This document shows, piece by piece, positions 18,473-27,771 of a stretch of 64,000 nt of DNA. The DNA is from Vulcanimicrobiota bacterium (GTDB taxonomy: Bacteria > Vulcanimicrobiota > Xenobia > Xenobiales > JADMJV01): NCBI GenBank assembly GCA_050250895.1, contig JBFWNU010000001.1:1934884-1998883 (forward strand), read 5' to 3'. The notes under the pieces were generated by a model. It was not told the DNA's origin. It did no database searches and worked only from the letters and a program-made list of their open reading frames with translations. Position 1 is the stretch's first letter. Each line of letters starts with the position of its first letter. The position numbers and the translations under genes were made by a program.

Positions 18473-19732
18473 GTGATGAACATACGAGACATCGAGAATG
18501 CGTTCCAACCGGCAATAGAGGTCAAGGACCCGAAACGTTTCGCGGGTAGGAAGTCCTACGTGCAAGACGCATATCGGGCGCTTCTCTCTGAGGGAACGAA
18601 TATTGCGGTAGTTGGAAACAGAGGAATCGGAAAGTCTTCCCTTGCCCGCCAAATCGTGAGTATGGCGTCTGGACATGACGACCTTCTCAAAAAGCTGTCG
18701 ATTGACACAGACGCCCAGGCACCTGACTTCCTGGCAACCTATTTCGCGTGTGGCAACAGCGTTAGAACACTCGGCGATCTCCTAAACAGCTTATTGACGG
18801 ATAGCGACGCGTTGGGATCTTGGATCTATGACATTCCCAGCACAAAGACCATCATCGAGAAATACGCCCCAAAATTCAACGCCGGTTTCGCTTCCTTGGG
18901 GGGTGAGAAGTCTACGTCGACGACTTCCTCGAAGGCCATTCAACAACACGACGTCGAGTCGGTTTTTACCAATGTCGTTCGAGCCCTAGTCCAAGAATGT
19001 GTCGCTACCGACGGCCTGATAATCGTGGTCGATGAATTTGACCAAATCAAAGACCCGACTGGATTCGCATCCTTCCTAAAGTCCCTGGCGACGAACGTGC
19101 CTAAGGTTCGGTTTTGCATCGTTGGCGTGGCCCAGGACATTCAACAGCTGATGAAGGAACATGCCTCCGCCGACCGACTATTTTCGGGCTCGGTGCTGAC
19201 ACTTCCGCCGATGAATCCTGAGGAACTCACCGAGATTATCGAAATCGCCGAGTCCTCGATCAAGGGTAGCATTGTGTTCGACGAGAGTGCACGCCGAACG
19301 TTGGTCAAATTAGCCCAAGGACACCCTTACATGATTCACCTGATCGGAAAGGATGCTCTCAAGCAAGCTTTCCTAAAGAAAGACGAGACAATCACGCAGG
19401 CAGACATAGAAAGTGCGCTCCGAGGCATAGCCGAGAGGGGGACAGACCCAGTCTTAGAGGGTCGATACAAGAAGGCTGTCGCGTCATCACAGCATAGAGA
19501 GATAGTTCTTCGAGCGATGGCAAACTCCGTTTCTGGAGACGACGGGGAGATTCAGACCACCGCGGCATATCAACAGGCGTTGACTGAAGGAGTAGAAAAT
19601 TCCAGTCAATACGTAGGGCACTTGACGACTGAACAGTTCGGAGAGGAACTCGTGAAAGTCAGGGAGCGCTACTATCGTTTTCGGGATTCGCTCTTTCGAA
19701 CATACGTAACGCTTCGCCCACCGATCTTTTAA
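18473..19732 (+). CDS. Stand-alone AAA+/STAND-like ATPase
   Basis: FAGR, Walker A GNRGIGKS, Walker B IIVVDEFD, GHP motif; lower GC. Confidence 0.8.
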   Translation: MMNIRDIENAFQPAIEVKDPKRFAGRKSYVQDAYRALLSEGTNIAVVGNRGIGKSSLARQIVSMASGHDDLLKKLSIDTDAQAPDFLATYFACGNSVRTLGDLLNSLLTDSDALGSWIYDIPSTKTIIEKYAPKFNAGFASLGGEKSTSTTSSKAIQQHDVESVFTNVVRALVQECVATDGLIIVVDEFDQIKDPTGFASFLKSLATNVPKVRFCIVGVAQDIQQLMKEHASADRLFSGSVLTLPPMNPEELTEIIEIAESSIKGSIVFDESARRTLVKLAQGHPYMIHLIGKDALKQAFLKKDETITQADIESALRGIAERGTDPVLEGRYKKAVASSQHREIVLRAMANSVSGDDGEIQTTAAYQQALTEGVENSSQYVGHLTTEQFGEELVKVRERYYRFRDSLFRTYVTLRPPIF

Positions 19733-19802
19733 GCGAACCTCGACGCTGATGGCCTGAACTTGACGTGGTTTAAGCCTAGGAGAAGGTGCACAACGTGCTT
19801 TC

Positions 19803-21569
19803 TTAGCCCTCGGAGAATAGACGGCCTTGTTGATGTCGAGGCGCTTTCACCTGTAGCGGTGGCTTTTTGCTCCACCTCGGTAGTTTCAACGGTGCCTGAA
19901 CTTCCTTGCCTGAGAGCAGGTCGGCCACCGTCAGTATCTGTAGAGTAGGATAGCGGTCATTCCCCACGGGTGTGTAAAACCCCGCGGATGCTGCCTCTTT
20001 TACCATCGGCTTAGATGGTTCTTGGAGTGTTATCAGGACCCCGATTGGGGTCTTGCCGCGTTTGTTTTCGCGCTCGATCACACCGCGCAGGTCGCGCACG
20101 TCGCGTGAGGTCACCTTGCCGCTCTTGACCGAATACACAATGGCTTTGTCATCACCGGTTCCAGGCTCTTTGAAGAAGCCTCGTCCGTCGATTCCCTGGT
20201 CTGCACCCTTCTTTTGTTGGTCCCGGGTGACTTTGGCGCCCACCAGGCCTAACGCCCACCATTGGAACTGGTAACGATCTTCGGCGGCGAGAACCTTTGC
20301 GCTCTCCAGGTCTTTGGGTTCACCCAAAACTTTGTAGGGAGCCAGTGAGTCGGGGAAAGCCTCCTCGATACGATGCCGAATCAGGCTCACCGCCAGGTGG
20401 GTGATGTCAATTCCTATCCACCTGCGCTCCAAGTGCTCGGCAGCGGCTACTGCGGTGCCGCAGCCACAAAACGGGTCTAGCACGATGCCTTCGGGTGGGC
20501 AAGCCGAGGTGATAATGCGGGCGAGCAGTCCGAGGGGCTTCTGAGTCGGATAGCCGAGCCGCTCACCAGACGTTGGCCCTAGCCACGACACGTCTTCGTC
20601 GATTCCGTGCTCCAAGTCCCCGTAGTAGTAGCCTTTCGTGTATGGCTGATACGCCCAAATGTCCTGATATGGGGTTCCAAGGTCAGAGTCTTCTTCGAGA
20701 TAGACCTTGATCATCGGAATGCCGCCAGGCTTGGCCGGTAGCTTGATGTAACCGGCATCGAGCAAGGCATCAAGCTTCTTTCTGGTTGGCAAACTGTTGT
20801 CTATCCCAAGACGCTCGCAAACCTTTCGAGGAGGCGCCCACGCTCGATTGCGCTCGGTGGGATTGAAGCCCTTCCATGGCTTACCTGAGTCGCCGTAACG
20901 CGGGCCCGGTCCGCAGGGGTCGTTAAGTTTATACTGGCCATACTCGTCACGATACTTGAACCGTTCATCCACGTGAGCTTGAGGGAGGGGCATCTTCTGG
21001 GGCTCAAAGTAGCAATTGTCTGACTTGGCGTAGAAGAATATCGTGTCGTGAATCTGCCCGAAACGCTTGGTGTCGTTGTGGGTGTTGGTCCGCCGCCAGA
21101 TAATCTCGTTGCGGAAGTTCTGTGGGCCGAAGATGGCATCCAAGAGGAGCTTCAAGTAATGACTCGATGTGGGATCGCAGTGCAAAAATAGGCTTCCACG
21201 GGCTTTCAGGACTCTGTGCATCTCCACCAGTCGCGGCGCCATCATCGTTAGATAGGCCATGGCATCGCTTCGACCTAGATAATCTAGCAATGCTGAGAGC
21301 AACTGTCTGAGCTTCGACTCGCTCTGATCCATCATCTCTTCAAACGCGTGCTCGGCCTCCACCCCCCAACGCCAGGTATCTTCGAAAGCGGTTATTTGAG
21401 CGGTCGAAGTCTCGCCGCTGTGCTCCCGAAACAGCACATTGAAATCTGCCTTCTTGTTGAATGGCGGGTCGAGATAGATGAGGTCTATTGATTCAGCGTC
21501 TACATACTCGCGAAGAATGACGAGGTTATCGCCGATATACAGCTGATTGCACCAGTTTTGAAAAAGCAT
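19803..21569 (-). CDS. Beta-class N6/N4 DNA methyltransferase fused to C-terminal Mrr-like PD-(D/E)xK domain
   Basis: IYLDPPFN, YPTQKP, DPFCGCGT; C-terminal ADQGIDG..YSVKSG..VRDLRG. Confidence 0.85.
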   Translation of the reverse strand: MLFQNWCNQLYIGDNLVILREYVDAESIDLIYLDPPFNKKADFNVLFREHSGETSTAQITAFEDTWRWGVEAEHAFEEMMDQSESKLRQLLSALLDYLGRSDAMAYLTMMAPRLVEMHRVLKARGSLFLHCDPTSSHYLKLLLDAIFGPQNFRNEIIWRRTNTHNDTKRFGQIHDTIFFYAKSDNCYFEPQKMPLPQAHVDERFKYRDEYGQYKLNDPCGPGPRYGDSGKPWKGFNPTERNRAWAPPRKVCERLGIDNSLPTRKKLDALLDAGYIKLPAKPGGIPMIKVYLEEDSDLGTPYQDIWAYQPYTKGYYYGDLEHGIDEDVSWLGPTSGERLGYPTQKPLGLLARIITSACPPEGIVLDPFCGCGTAVAAAEHLERRWIGIDITHLAVSLIRHRIEEAFPDSLAPYKVLGEPKDLESAKVLAAEDRYQFQWWALGLVGAKVTRDQQKKGADQGIDGRGFFKEPGTGDDKAIVYSVKSGKVTSRDVRDLRGVIERENKRGKTPIGVLITLQEPSKPMVKEAASAGFYTPVGNDRYPTLQILTVADLLSGKEVQAPLKLPRWSKKPPLQVKAPRHQQGRLFSEG

Positions 21570-22007
21570 CAAACCCCCTGGGCGAAAACATGTTCGATGC
21601 CTTCGCAGTAGTCCCTCCTGGCGGTCTGGGCAGAGGGGCTTACTTTGGAAACGGGGGCGGTTTTGGGTAAACGTCGGCCCAGAAGCCCGCAATCAAAAGG
21701 CGCTTCCATCTCGGCTAACAGAAAAAGGTGGTTATTTATGTGCAGAAATTGCAGAAAAAGGGCCCGAGGATGCCGAGAAATACTCCAAGAAACCGTCACT
21801 TTTGCGCGATATTCGGCCAAAATCGTCGGAGAATGCTCCCAGTATCCACCGCTGTGCGAAACGGCCGGCGGCCCGGGAAGCACAAAGCCACCGTCACGAG
21901 CCATTAGGGGGTGGCGTGCTTCGTTCGGGTGGCCGACAACCGTTCGGTCAGGTCCCAGACCATCCCTGTCCCGGACCGTCACCGGGAAGGCGTCCAGTTA
22001 GCGAGCT

Positions 22008-22667
22008 TCACAAAGTGCCGGGGAACTTGATTCCCTCGGGGGTCAGGTTGCGGGCGCGGTAGGCGGTCTTGAAGGCGTTCCATTCGTCTTCGTCGACCTC
22101 AACGAACTCATCCAGCTCCCATATGGGCTCCGTGCCGGGCTTGACCCCCTGGAGGGCCGCCAGGAAGGTTTGGTGGTGCCACCGGTCCCGCTGGGCCATC
22201 TTGAAGTAGCGGACCAGCAGACGGGCCGGCCAGGCCGTCAGGAGCGTGCCCGGGTCGGGCCCGTGATAGGTGGCGCTCACCAGGGCTGCCATCTCCAGCC
22301 AGGCGGCCTCCTCGTGGTCAGCGTGGCGCGGCCGTCGTGACTTCGACACTTTGCCCCGCTGGTAGGTCTGAAACAGCTCGGCCAGGCCGTTCAGCTGGTC
22401 CTGCAGGTCGAACAGCTGGGTCGTCTGGTCGAGGTCGAGTTCAGCGGCCAGCTGGCGGGCGTCCGGGCTTGCGCGCAGGATGAAAGCGACCAGCTGGCGG
22501 CGGGCCAGTTCCTCTCTGCCGGCCGTCAGGGCGTCTCGATAGCGGCCCCGGAGCTGCAAGAACTCCCTTAGCTCCATGGCCGTGGGTTCGCGGAGCGTGG
22601 CCACCACGTGGCCGGCGGCCAGCGGCAGAACGACTTCTTCGGACCGGAATAGCTCGAATGGCCTCAT
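22008..22667 (-). CDS. Tail assembly chaperone, fused gpGT-like
   Basis: N-half resembles 26293-26823; GK junction; C-half GPDPGTLLTAWP..FLAALQGVK resembles T-domain; ATGA-coupled to TMP. Confidence 0.6.
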   Translation of the reverse strand: MRPFELFRSEEVVLPLAAGHVVATLREPTAMELREFLQLRGRYRDALTAGREELARRQLVAFILRASPDARQLAAELDLDQTTQLFDLQDQLNGLAELFQTYQRGKVSKSRRPRHADHEEAAWLEMAALVSATYHGPDPGTLLTAWPARLLVRYFKMAQRDRWHHQTFLAALQGVKPGTEPIWELDEFVEVDEDEWNAFKTAYRARNLTPEGIKFPGTL

Positions 22668-25600
22668 GAACCCAGCCTCCCGGCTCCGCCGTCGCGCAGG
22701 CTGCCCCGCTTGACCTGCTTGGCAATCTCTTGGGCCACCTGGTTGACCAGCTCTTCAATCTTCGGCGTAACGGTGACGTGAGGGCCGAAGGTGGTGTGAA
22801 ACGTCTGGTTGATGGTGGTCGGAGCCGACTTCGGTGCGCCACCCGAGTCCAATGGCGACCCCTTTGGCGTGGCGGCCTTCCGCTGGGCCTGGCCGATGTC
22901 CTCGAAGGTGGGCACCTGCGGAGCCGTCTGAGCGGCGGCCGCCCGCAGACTGTCGACCACGCCGGCGCGGTCAAGCTTGTCACTGAGTCGCTCCCGAAAC
23001 AGCTCCTGCGCCCTCTGCAGCCGCGGCGTGTCCCGCTCGACGGCCGCGGTGCGTCGGCTCTCGTCGATTTGGGAGACCAACTCCAGGCCCAGCTGGTTCG
23101 AGCGCCGGAAAGAATCGGCCCGGCGGGCCCGGTCGTCAGTTGCCTTCGCCCGCAGGTCGGCCAAGCTCGGGGCTGTGCTGCCGCCGGTCAGGGCCTGGTC
23201 AGGTGTCAGCCGCGGGTCGGCCGTCGGGGTTGGCCCTTCAGGCGCTCCTGCAGGAGGTTGCAGGCTTGCAGTTGCTGTTTGCAGGCCGGTTTGCGCGTTC
23301 TGCCGGGCTACGCCTGCGGCCTGGTCCTTCTCCTGCTCCGCGAGCTCACGCTTCCGGTTGATGGTCCCCTCGCGCAGGATGGCTTCGCGCTTGAGGCGTG
23401 CCTTCTGCTCGGCCAGCTCGCGGTCTTTGCCGGCGGCCAGGTCGGCTTGCAGCTCCCGGTCGATGGCCTCGAGGCGAACCTTCTGCAGCTCGAGCCGCTT
23501 GGCCATCAGCTGGTCTTCGACGGCTTCGCCGGCTTGCAGGCGGGTTTGAAGGAGGTCGATTTCTTGTTGAACGGCTTGAATCTGCAGGGCGGCCACCTCA
23601 TCGGCCTGCGCCCGCCGCTCGTTGGTGATTTGCTGTTCGAGGCCCAGCCGCTCGCGGGCCAGGCCACGAAGTTCCTGGTCGGCCGTCGCGGTGTCGATGC
23701 TGCCACGGCGCTGGGCGGACTTGATGAGGGCTATGGCCCGGGCGTTCGCCTCAAGGCGCTGGGTGGCGTTGGTGGCCCCGGCAGAGAAGTCGGCAACCTG
23801 CTGTTTGAGCTGGTTGAAGTTGTCGGCCAGGGCCTTCGTGGCCTGCTGGCCCCGCTCACCGGTCAGCCGGTCTGTGAACTCCTTCAGCTGCTCGCTCAAC
23901 TCGGGGTAGTCGTCCAGCAGCTGGCGGTTCTTGTCTCGCCACTTCTGCAGGCTGGTCAAGACGAGGTCGATTTGGTCGACCACCTCGGCGGCCGTCGCGC
24001 CCTGCTGGTTCTTGACCTCGGTCACCGCTTGTGTGGCGGCTTTGAGCTGGCCTTCCACCAGCTTCTTGGCCGTTTCCTCGGCGTCTTTGGCCTCTTGGGC
24101 CCTGACGGCCTTGATTTTCTCGCGAATCTGAATCGCATCATCGAGGCCGGCCTGGCCGAGACGCTTGGCGGCCGCCAGGGCGCGCTCTAGCTCGGCGATC
24201 TCTTCCGAGGTCGACACTTCGCGCAGGGACTTCTGCTCCCGAAGGCTCCGCTCGACGGCGTCGACCTCTTCTTTGGCCTTCTGCTGGGTCTTGTCCGTGA
24301 TAGAGGACTGCAGCTGTTCCCGGGTCTTGAGCAGGCCGAGCTGCTCCTGAATGACAGCGCGTTGCTGCTCGGTCACCTGGTCGGCACCTTCCAACAGGGC
24401 GCGCTGCAAGCCCTCGAAGGAGGTCGGGAGGGCGGCCTTCTTCAGCTTTTCGTTGTTCCGGGCTAGCTGGGCATCGAGTTCGGAGAGGGCCCCCTTCAGG
24501 TTGTCCACCGAACCGGTGGCGCCAGCGAAGTTGAGGTAGTCTTTGAGCCGGGCCGTCTCCTCTGTCAGGGCCTTCAGGTCCGGGCTGATGGCCGCGACCT
24601 TCTGCTGAGCCTGGCGCAGAGCCGTCGCCTCCTGGCCCAGGTCGCTGAACTCCTGCTGGAGGAGCTGTAAAGCTTCGTTTGCTTCGTCTACGCTCACATA
24701 CCAGCTGTCAGGGAACAGCGTCTTCAGCTCGTCGGTGACTTGGATGGTGGAATCCGTGATGGGCGGGGCTTTGGCGATGGCCTCTTGCAGGGCCTGAATC
24801 TGCCTGCGGCGCTCGTCGGCAGCTTCCCGGTTCTCGGCCAGCTTTTTCTTCAGCTCGTCGAGCGTATAGCCGAGGGCCACCAGCCGGGCCGCGAGCCTGC
24901 CGGCGGGGATGTTGTCAAGCGCCTTGCCGAACTGCTCGGCGAACTTGCTGGCGTCGTTGGTGCGCTCCACGAAGACGCCCTGCTCTTTGGCCAGGTCGTT
25001 GACCACCGAGGTGATTGACCGAAGGGTCGCGCGGGAATCCTGGATGGTCCGGGCCTGCTCGCCAATCGCCTGGCCGAGCCGCTCCTGGGTTCGAGCATAG
25101 TTCAGGGTGGCCAGGTTGGCGATGGCCAAGGCAGCGACCAGCGGCCCGGCGATGGTGGTGGTCAAGATGGTCATGACCCCGCCCACCGTGCCGGCCACCG
25201 CACCGAGGCCCTTCAGGGCGCTGCCGGTCACGACGGCCGCCCGGCCAGCTGCTGGGAAGCCGTTGACCGCGGCAAGGGCCAACTGCTGGTTCATCGCGGC
25301 CAGGCCGGCGGTGGCAGTGACGGCGCCCCCGCCGAGCACCAGCAGACCGGCGGTGGCCACCGCTCCGAAGGTGGCTATCTGCCGGAAGGTGTCGGGCACG
25401 GAACCGGCAACCTCAACCATCTTCGTGAAGATTTGCGCACCGACTTGGACCGCCGGCGCCAGGTCGTCGCCGAACTTCGCGGCGAAGTTCGTGACGGCAT
25501 CGGCCGCGTTCGAGAGGCTGCCTTGCAGGGTCTTGGCTTGACGGTCGATAGCCCCCCCGAAACGAACTTGGATGAGCCGCAGGAGGGCCTGCCGGGCCTT

Positions 25601-26293
25601 CTCGAGGTCCTCGCCGGCCACGGTCGCGACGCTGCCCGTCTTGGTGAGGACGGCGCCGTATTTCTTCAGGTCCTGGCTCGACACTCCGTAGGTGTTGCGG
25701 AGTGACTCGAAGCCCTCGAGGCTGCCGGACAGCGCCTTCCCTACGACAAGGGCCGTCTCGTTGAGGTTGCGGCCCATCCCCGCGGCCAGGTCGGCCACGC
25801 GGGGAAGGACTTCCTGGCTCCGCTGCCCGTAGACCTCGAGTTGAACAGTGGCTTCGACAATGCCCCGCACATCAAACGGTGTACGAGCTGCCAGCTGCTT
25901 GGCTGCCTCGAGGGTCTTTTGGGCCCTGGCCGACGAACCCTGAACGGTCTCGAGTCTGCCCTGCAGTTGCTCGAACTCGCTGGAGATGCGAACGGCGTTG
26001 GCCAGGATGAGGGCCAGCCCGGCACCGGCCGCAGCGGCGGCCACGCCGAAGCCCTTGCCCAGCTCGGTGACCTGGCCTTGGAGCTCCCGATGGTCGTTCT
26101 TGACATGTTCCAGCTCGTTGCTGAGTCCGCGGAAGCGCTCGGTCGCGCCCCTTCCGACCTGGTCCAATTGGACGTTCGCCTCTCGGGCTGCGCGTCCCAC
26201 CCTGTCGATGCCCTTCTCGAGGTCATCAAGGGTCTTCCTGAAAGAGGGGTCTGTCCGAGCGAGAACCTTGAAGATAAGAGCGGTTTCTGGCAT
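22664..26293 (-). CDS. Phage tail tape measure protein (1209 aa)
   Basis: SEFEQLQGRLETVQGSSARAQKTL..AARTPFDVRGIVEATVQL..LPRVADLAAG; TLQGSLSNAAD; Ala/Gly TM-like stretch; long coiled coil; INQTF C-terminus. Confidence 0.9.
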   Translation of the reverse strand: MPETALIFKVLARTDPSFRKTLDDLEKGIDRVGRAAREANVQLDQVGRGATERFRGLSNELEHVKNDHRELQGQVTELGKGFGVAAAAAGAGLALILANAVRISSEFEQLQGRLETVQGSSARAQKTLEAAKQLAARTPFDVRGIVEATVQLEVYGQRSQEVLPRVADLAAGMGRNLNETALVVGKALSGSLEGFESLRNTYGVSSQDLKKYGAVLTKTGSVATVAGEDLEKARQALLRLIQVRFGGAIDRQAKTLQGSLSNAADAVTNFAAKFGDDLAPAVQVGAQIFTKMVEVAGSVPDTFRQIATFGAVATAGLLVLGGGAVTATAGLAAMNQQLALAAVNGFPAAGRAAVVTGSALKGLGAVAGTVGGVMTILTTTIAGPLVAALAIANLATLNYARTQERLGQAIGEQARTIQDSRATLRSITSVVNDLAKEQGVFVERTNDASKFAEQFGKALDNIPAGRLAARLVALGYTLDELKKKLAENREAADERRRQIQALQEAIAKAPPITDSTIQVTDELKTLFPDSWYVSVDEANEALQLLQQEFSDLGQEATALRQAQQKVAAISPDLKALTEETARLKDYLNFAGATGSVDNLKGALSELDAQLARNNEKLKKAALPTSFEGLQRALLEGADQVTEQQRAVIQEQLGLLKTREQLQSSITDKTQQKAKEEVDAVERSLREQKSLREVSTSEEIAELERALAAAKRLGQAGLDDAIQIREKIKAVRAQEAKDAEETAKKLVEGQLKAATQAVTEVKNQQGATAAEVVDQIDLVLTSLQKWRDKNRQLLDDYPELSEQLKEFTDRLTGERGQQATKALADNFNQLKQQVADFSAGATNATQRLEANARAIALIKSAQRRGSIDTATADQELRGLARERLGLEQQITNERRAQADEVAALQIQAVQQEIDLLQTRLQAGEAVEDQLMAKRLELQKVRLEAIDRELQADLAAGKDRELAEQKARLKREAILREGTINRKRELAEQEKDQAAGVARQNAQTGLQTATASLQPPAGAPEGPTPTADPRLTPDQALTGGSTAPSLADLRAKATDDRARRADSFRRSNQLGLELVSQIDESRRTAAVERDTPRLQRAQELFRERLSDKLDRAGVVDSLRAAAAQTAPQVPTFEDIGQAQRKAATPKGSPLDSGGAPKSAPTTINQTFHTTFGPHVTVTPKIEELVNQVAQEIAKQVKRGSLRDGGAGRLGS

Positions 26294-26823
26294 CAGTCCT
26301 CCTGCATGATGCGGTCGGTCGCCTGCTTGACCGCGGCTTGCTCGTAGAGTCGAAGGCCGTGCTCGAAGATCTCGTCGATCTGGTTGACCCGGTCTTGAAG
26401 GGCCAGCACAGCTTGAACGGTCTCCAGGCTACACTGGCGCAGCAGGTCGGGGTCGGCCGGTGGCCCGCCGTCGGTCGGGTGGCGGAGCGCCTGCAGCAGC
26501 AATCCGGTCAGGTTCGACAGCATCCTTTCGACGGCGTCGGCCATCGTCGGGGCCTCGGTGCCCATGTCCTGGATGTCAGCCAGAGCAGATCGAGCTGCAT
26601 CCTCCTGGGCCTGCAGGTAGACCGGCAGCTGGTCGAGCGGCCAGGCCGTCACGGCGAAGGTCCGGCTCGAGCCGTCGGTCAGCTCGAGCACGAACTCTTC
26701 TCGGCGAGGGCGCAGGATGAGGCGCCCTTCCTCGTCGCGGGGTAGGTCCAACTCGGGCCGCGGCCGGGCCTGCACGGCGAAGTTGGCAAAGAGGCCAACG
26801 AGGGGGGAGAGGGAGGTATTCAT
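26293..26823 (-). CDS. Tail assembly chaperone, gpG-like
   Basis: Directly upstream of TMP (TGATG overlap); acidic 176-aa protein; paralogous to 22008-22667. Confidence 0.6.
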   Translation of the reverse strand: MNTSLSPLVGLFANFAVQARPRPELDLPRDEEGRLILRPRREEFVLELTDGSSRTFAVTAWPLDQLPVYLQAQEDAARSALADIQDMGTEAPTMADAVERMLSNLTGLLLQALRHPTDGGPPADPDLLRQCSLETVQAVLALQDRVNQIDEIFEHGLRLYEQAAVKQATDRIMQED

Positions 26824-27125
26824 CTGTTCTTCTTCCTTTCGGGTTTGGTTGAGACGCGAAGCGCCTCCGTAAAGGCCAGGGTGAGGCCGAGAACAAAGGC
26901 GTCCCAGCTTTCGGGCGTGTAGGCCCAGGGCTTGCCAGCTCCGCCGTGAGCCGACTTCCCAGCCTGGTGAGTGACCTTTTCGAAATCGCCTTCCGTCCAC
27001 CAACAGCCCTCCGCTTCGCACTGGTCGAGGATGCCGACAAACTTCTCTTTGCCGTCGACGTGAAGGGCGATGGTTTCCCGTTGGTTGTCGGGGTTGCGGT
27101 CCCACTTGAAAACGATCTGGTTCAC
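26820..27125 (-). CDS. Hypothetical protein
   Basis: RBS AGGAGG; ATGA overlap with next gene. Confidence 0.7.
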   Translation of the reverse strand: MNQIVFKWDRNPDNQRETIALHVDGKEKFVGILDQCEAEGCWWTEGDFEKVTHQAGKSAHGGAGKPWAYTPESWDAFVLGLTLAFTEALRVSTKPERKKNR

Positions 27126-27133
27126 GGGTCCTC

Positions 27134-27523
27134 CTAGAACGGGATGTCGTCAATCCCGAGGCCGTCGCTTTGCCTCGGTGGTTGGGGCTGCCGGCGAGGT
27201 TCCTGGGCCGGCGGGGCCTGCTGGGGTGGCGCCGCCTGCAGGTAGACCTGCAAGTCCGGGTCGCGGTCGTCGTTCTTCTGCTGGTTGGCGAAGACCAGCA
27301 CGCGAGCGCCGCCGAGGCGGCCAACGTAGTAGCGGGTTCCGTTCTTGGATTCGCGGGCCCAGAGGCCGCAGAGCGGGACCTTCGCGGGATAGGATTCGCT
27401 CATCGAGTTGCCTTTCTGCCCGCTTGGCACGGGCTTGGGTTTGGTGGGTGGAGTGGGGGTGGGTTGATTTAGTGGTCGGTAGAAGTCGATAGCAGCCTGA
27501 CGGGCCGCTCGTGAACGGTTCAT
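27134..27523 (-). CDS. Small SSB-like/DUF736-like protein with DDIPF tail (alternative start 27403)
   Basis: GLWARESKNGTRYYVGRL..DDRDPDLQVY; Q/P linker; C-terminal DDIPF. Confidence 0.65.
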   Translation of the reverse strand: MNRSRAARQAAIDFYRPLNQPTPTPPTKPKPVPSGQKGNSMSESYPAKVPLCGLWARESKNGTRYYVGRLGGARVLVFANQQKNDDRDPDLQVYLQAAPPQQAPPAQEPRRQPQPPRQSDGLGIDDIPF

Positions 27524-27771
27524 AGTTCCTCCAGGTGGGGTAGGATGGCCCGGCTGGCCGCCAGGTTCCACGGCGCGGGCTTCAGGGCGCAGGGCTTGGC
27601 CACGAAGTACTCGCGACCGCCGTAGGTGAAGGTCTCACCCCAAAAAGCTAGCTCGACATCCTCCACCAGCCTGGCCCGCCCGATGAGCTGGCCTTCAACG
27701 ACAAGGTCGACCAGGGCGACCACGGGCGGGGCTGGGATTTCTGGATACCAGCAAACAAAAGACACCTTCAT
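27520..27771 (-). CDS. Hypothetical protein
   Basis: ATGA overlaps on both sides. Confidence 0.6.
   Translation of the reverse strand: MKVSFVCWYPEIPAPPVVALVDLVVEGQLIGRARLVEDVELAFWGETFTYGGREYFVAKPCALKPAPWNLAASRAILPHLEEL

Noticed and set aside
26293-26360. Programmed -1 frameshift at the end of the upstream chaperone
   Set aside because: No XXXYYYZ heptamer seen and no room for a T frame; the stop overlaps the TMP start
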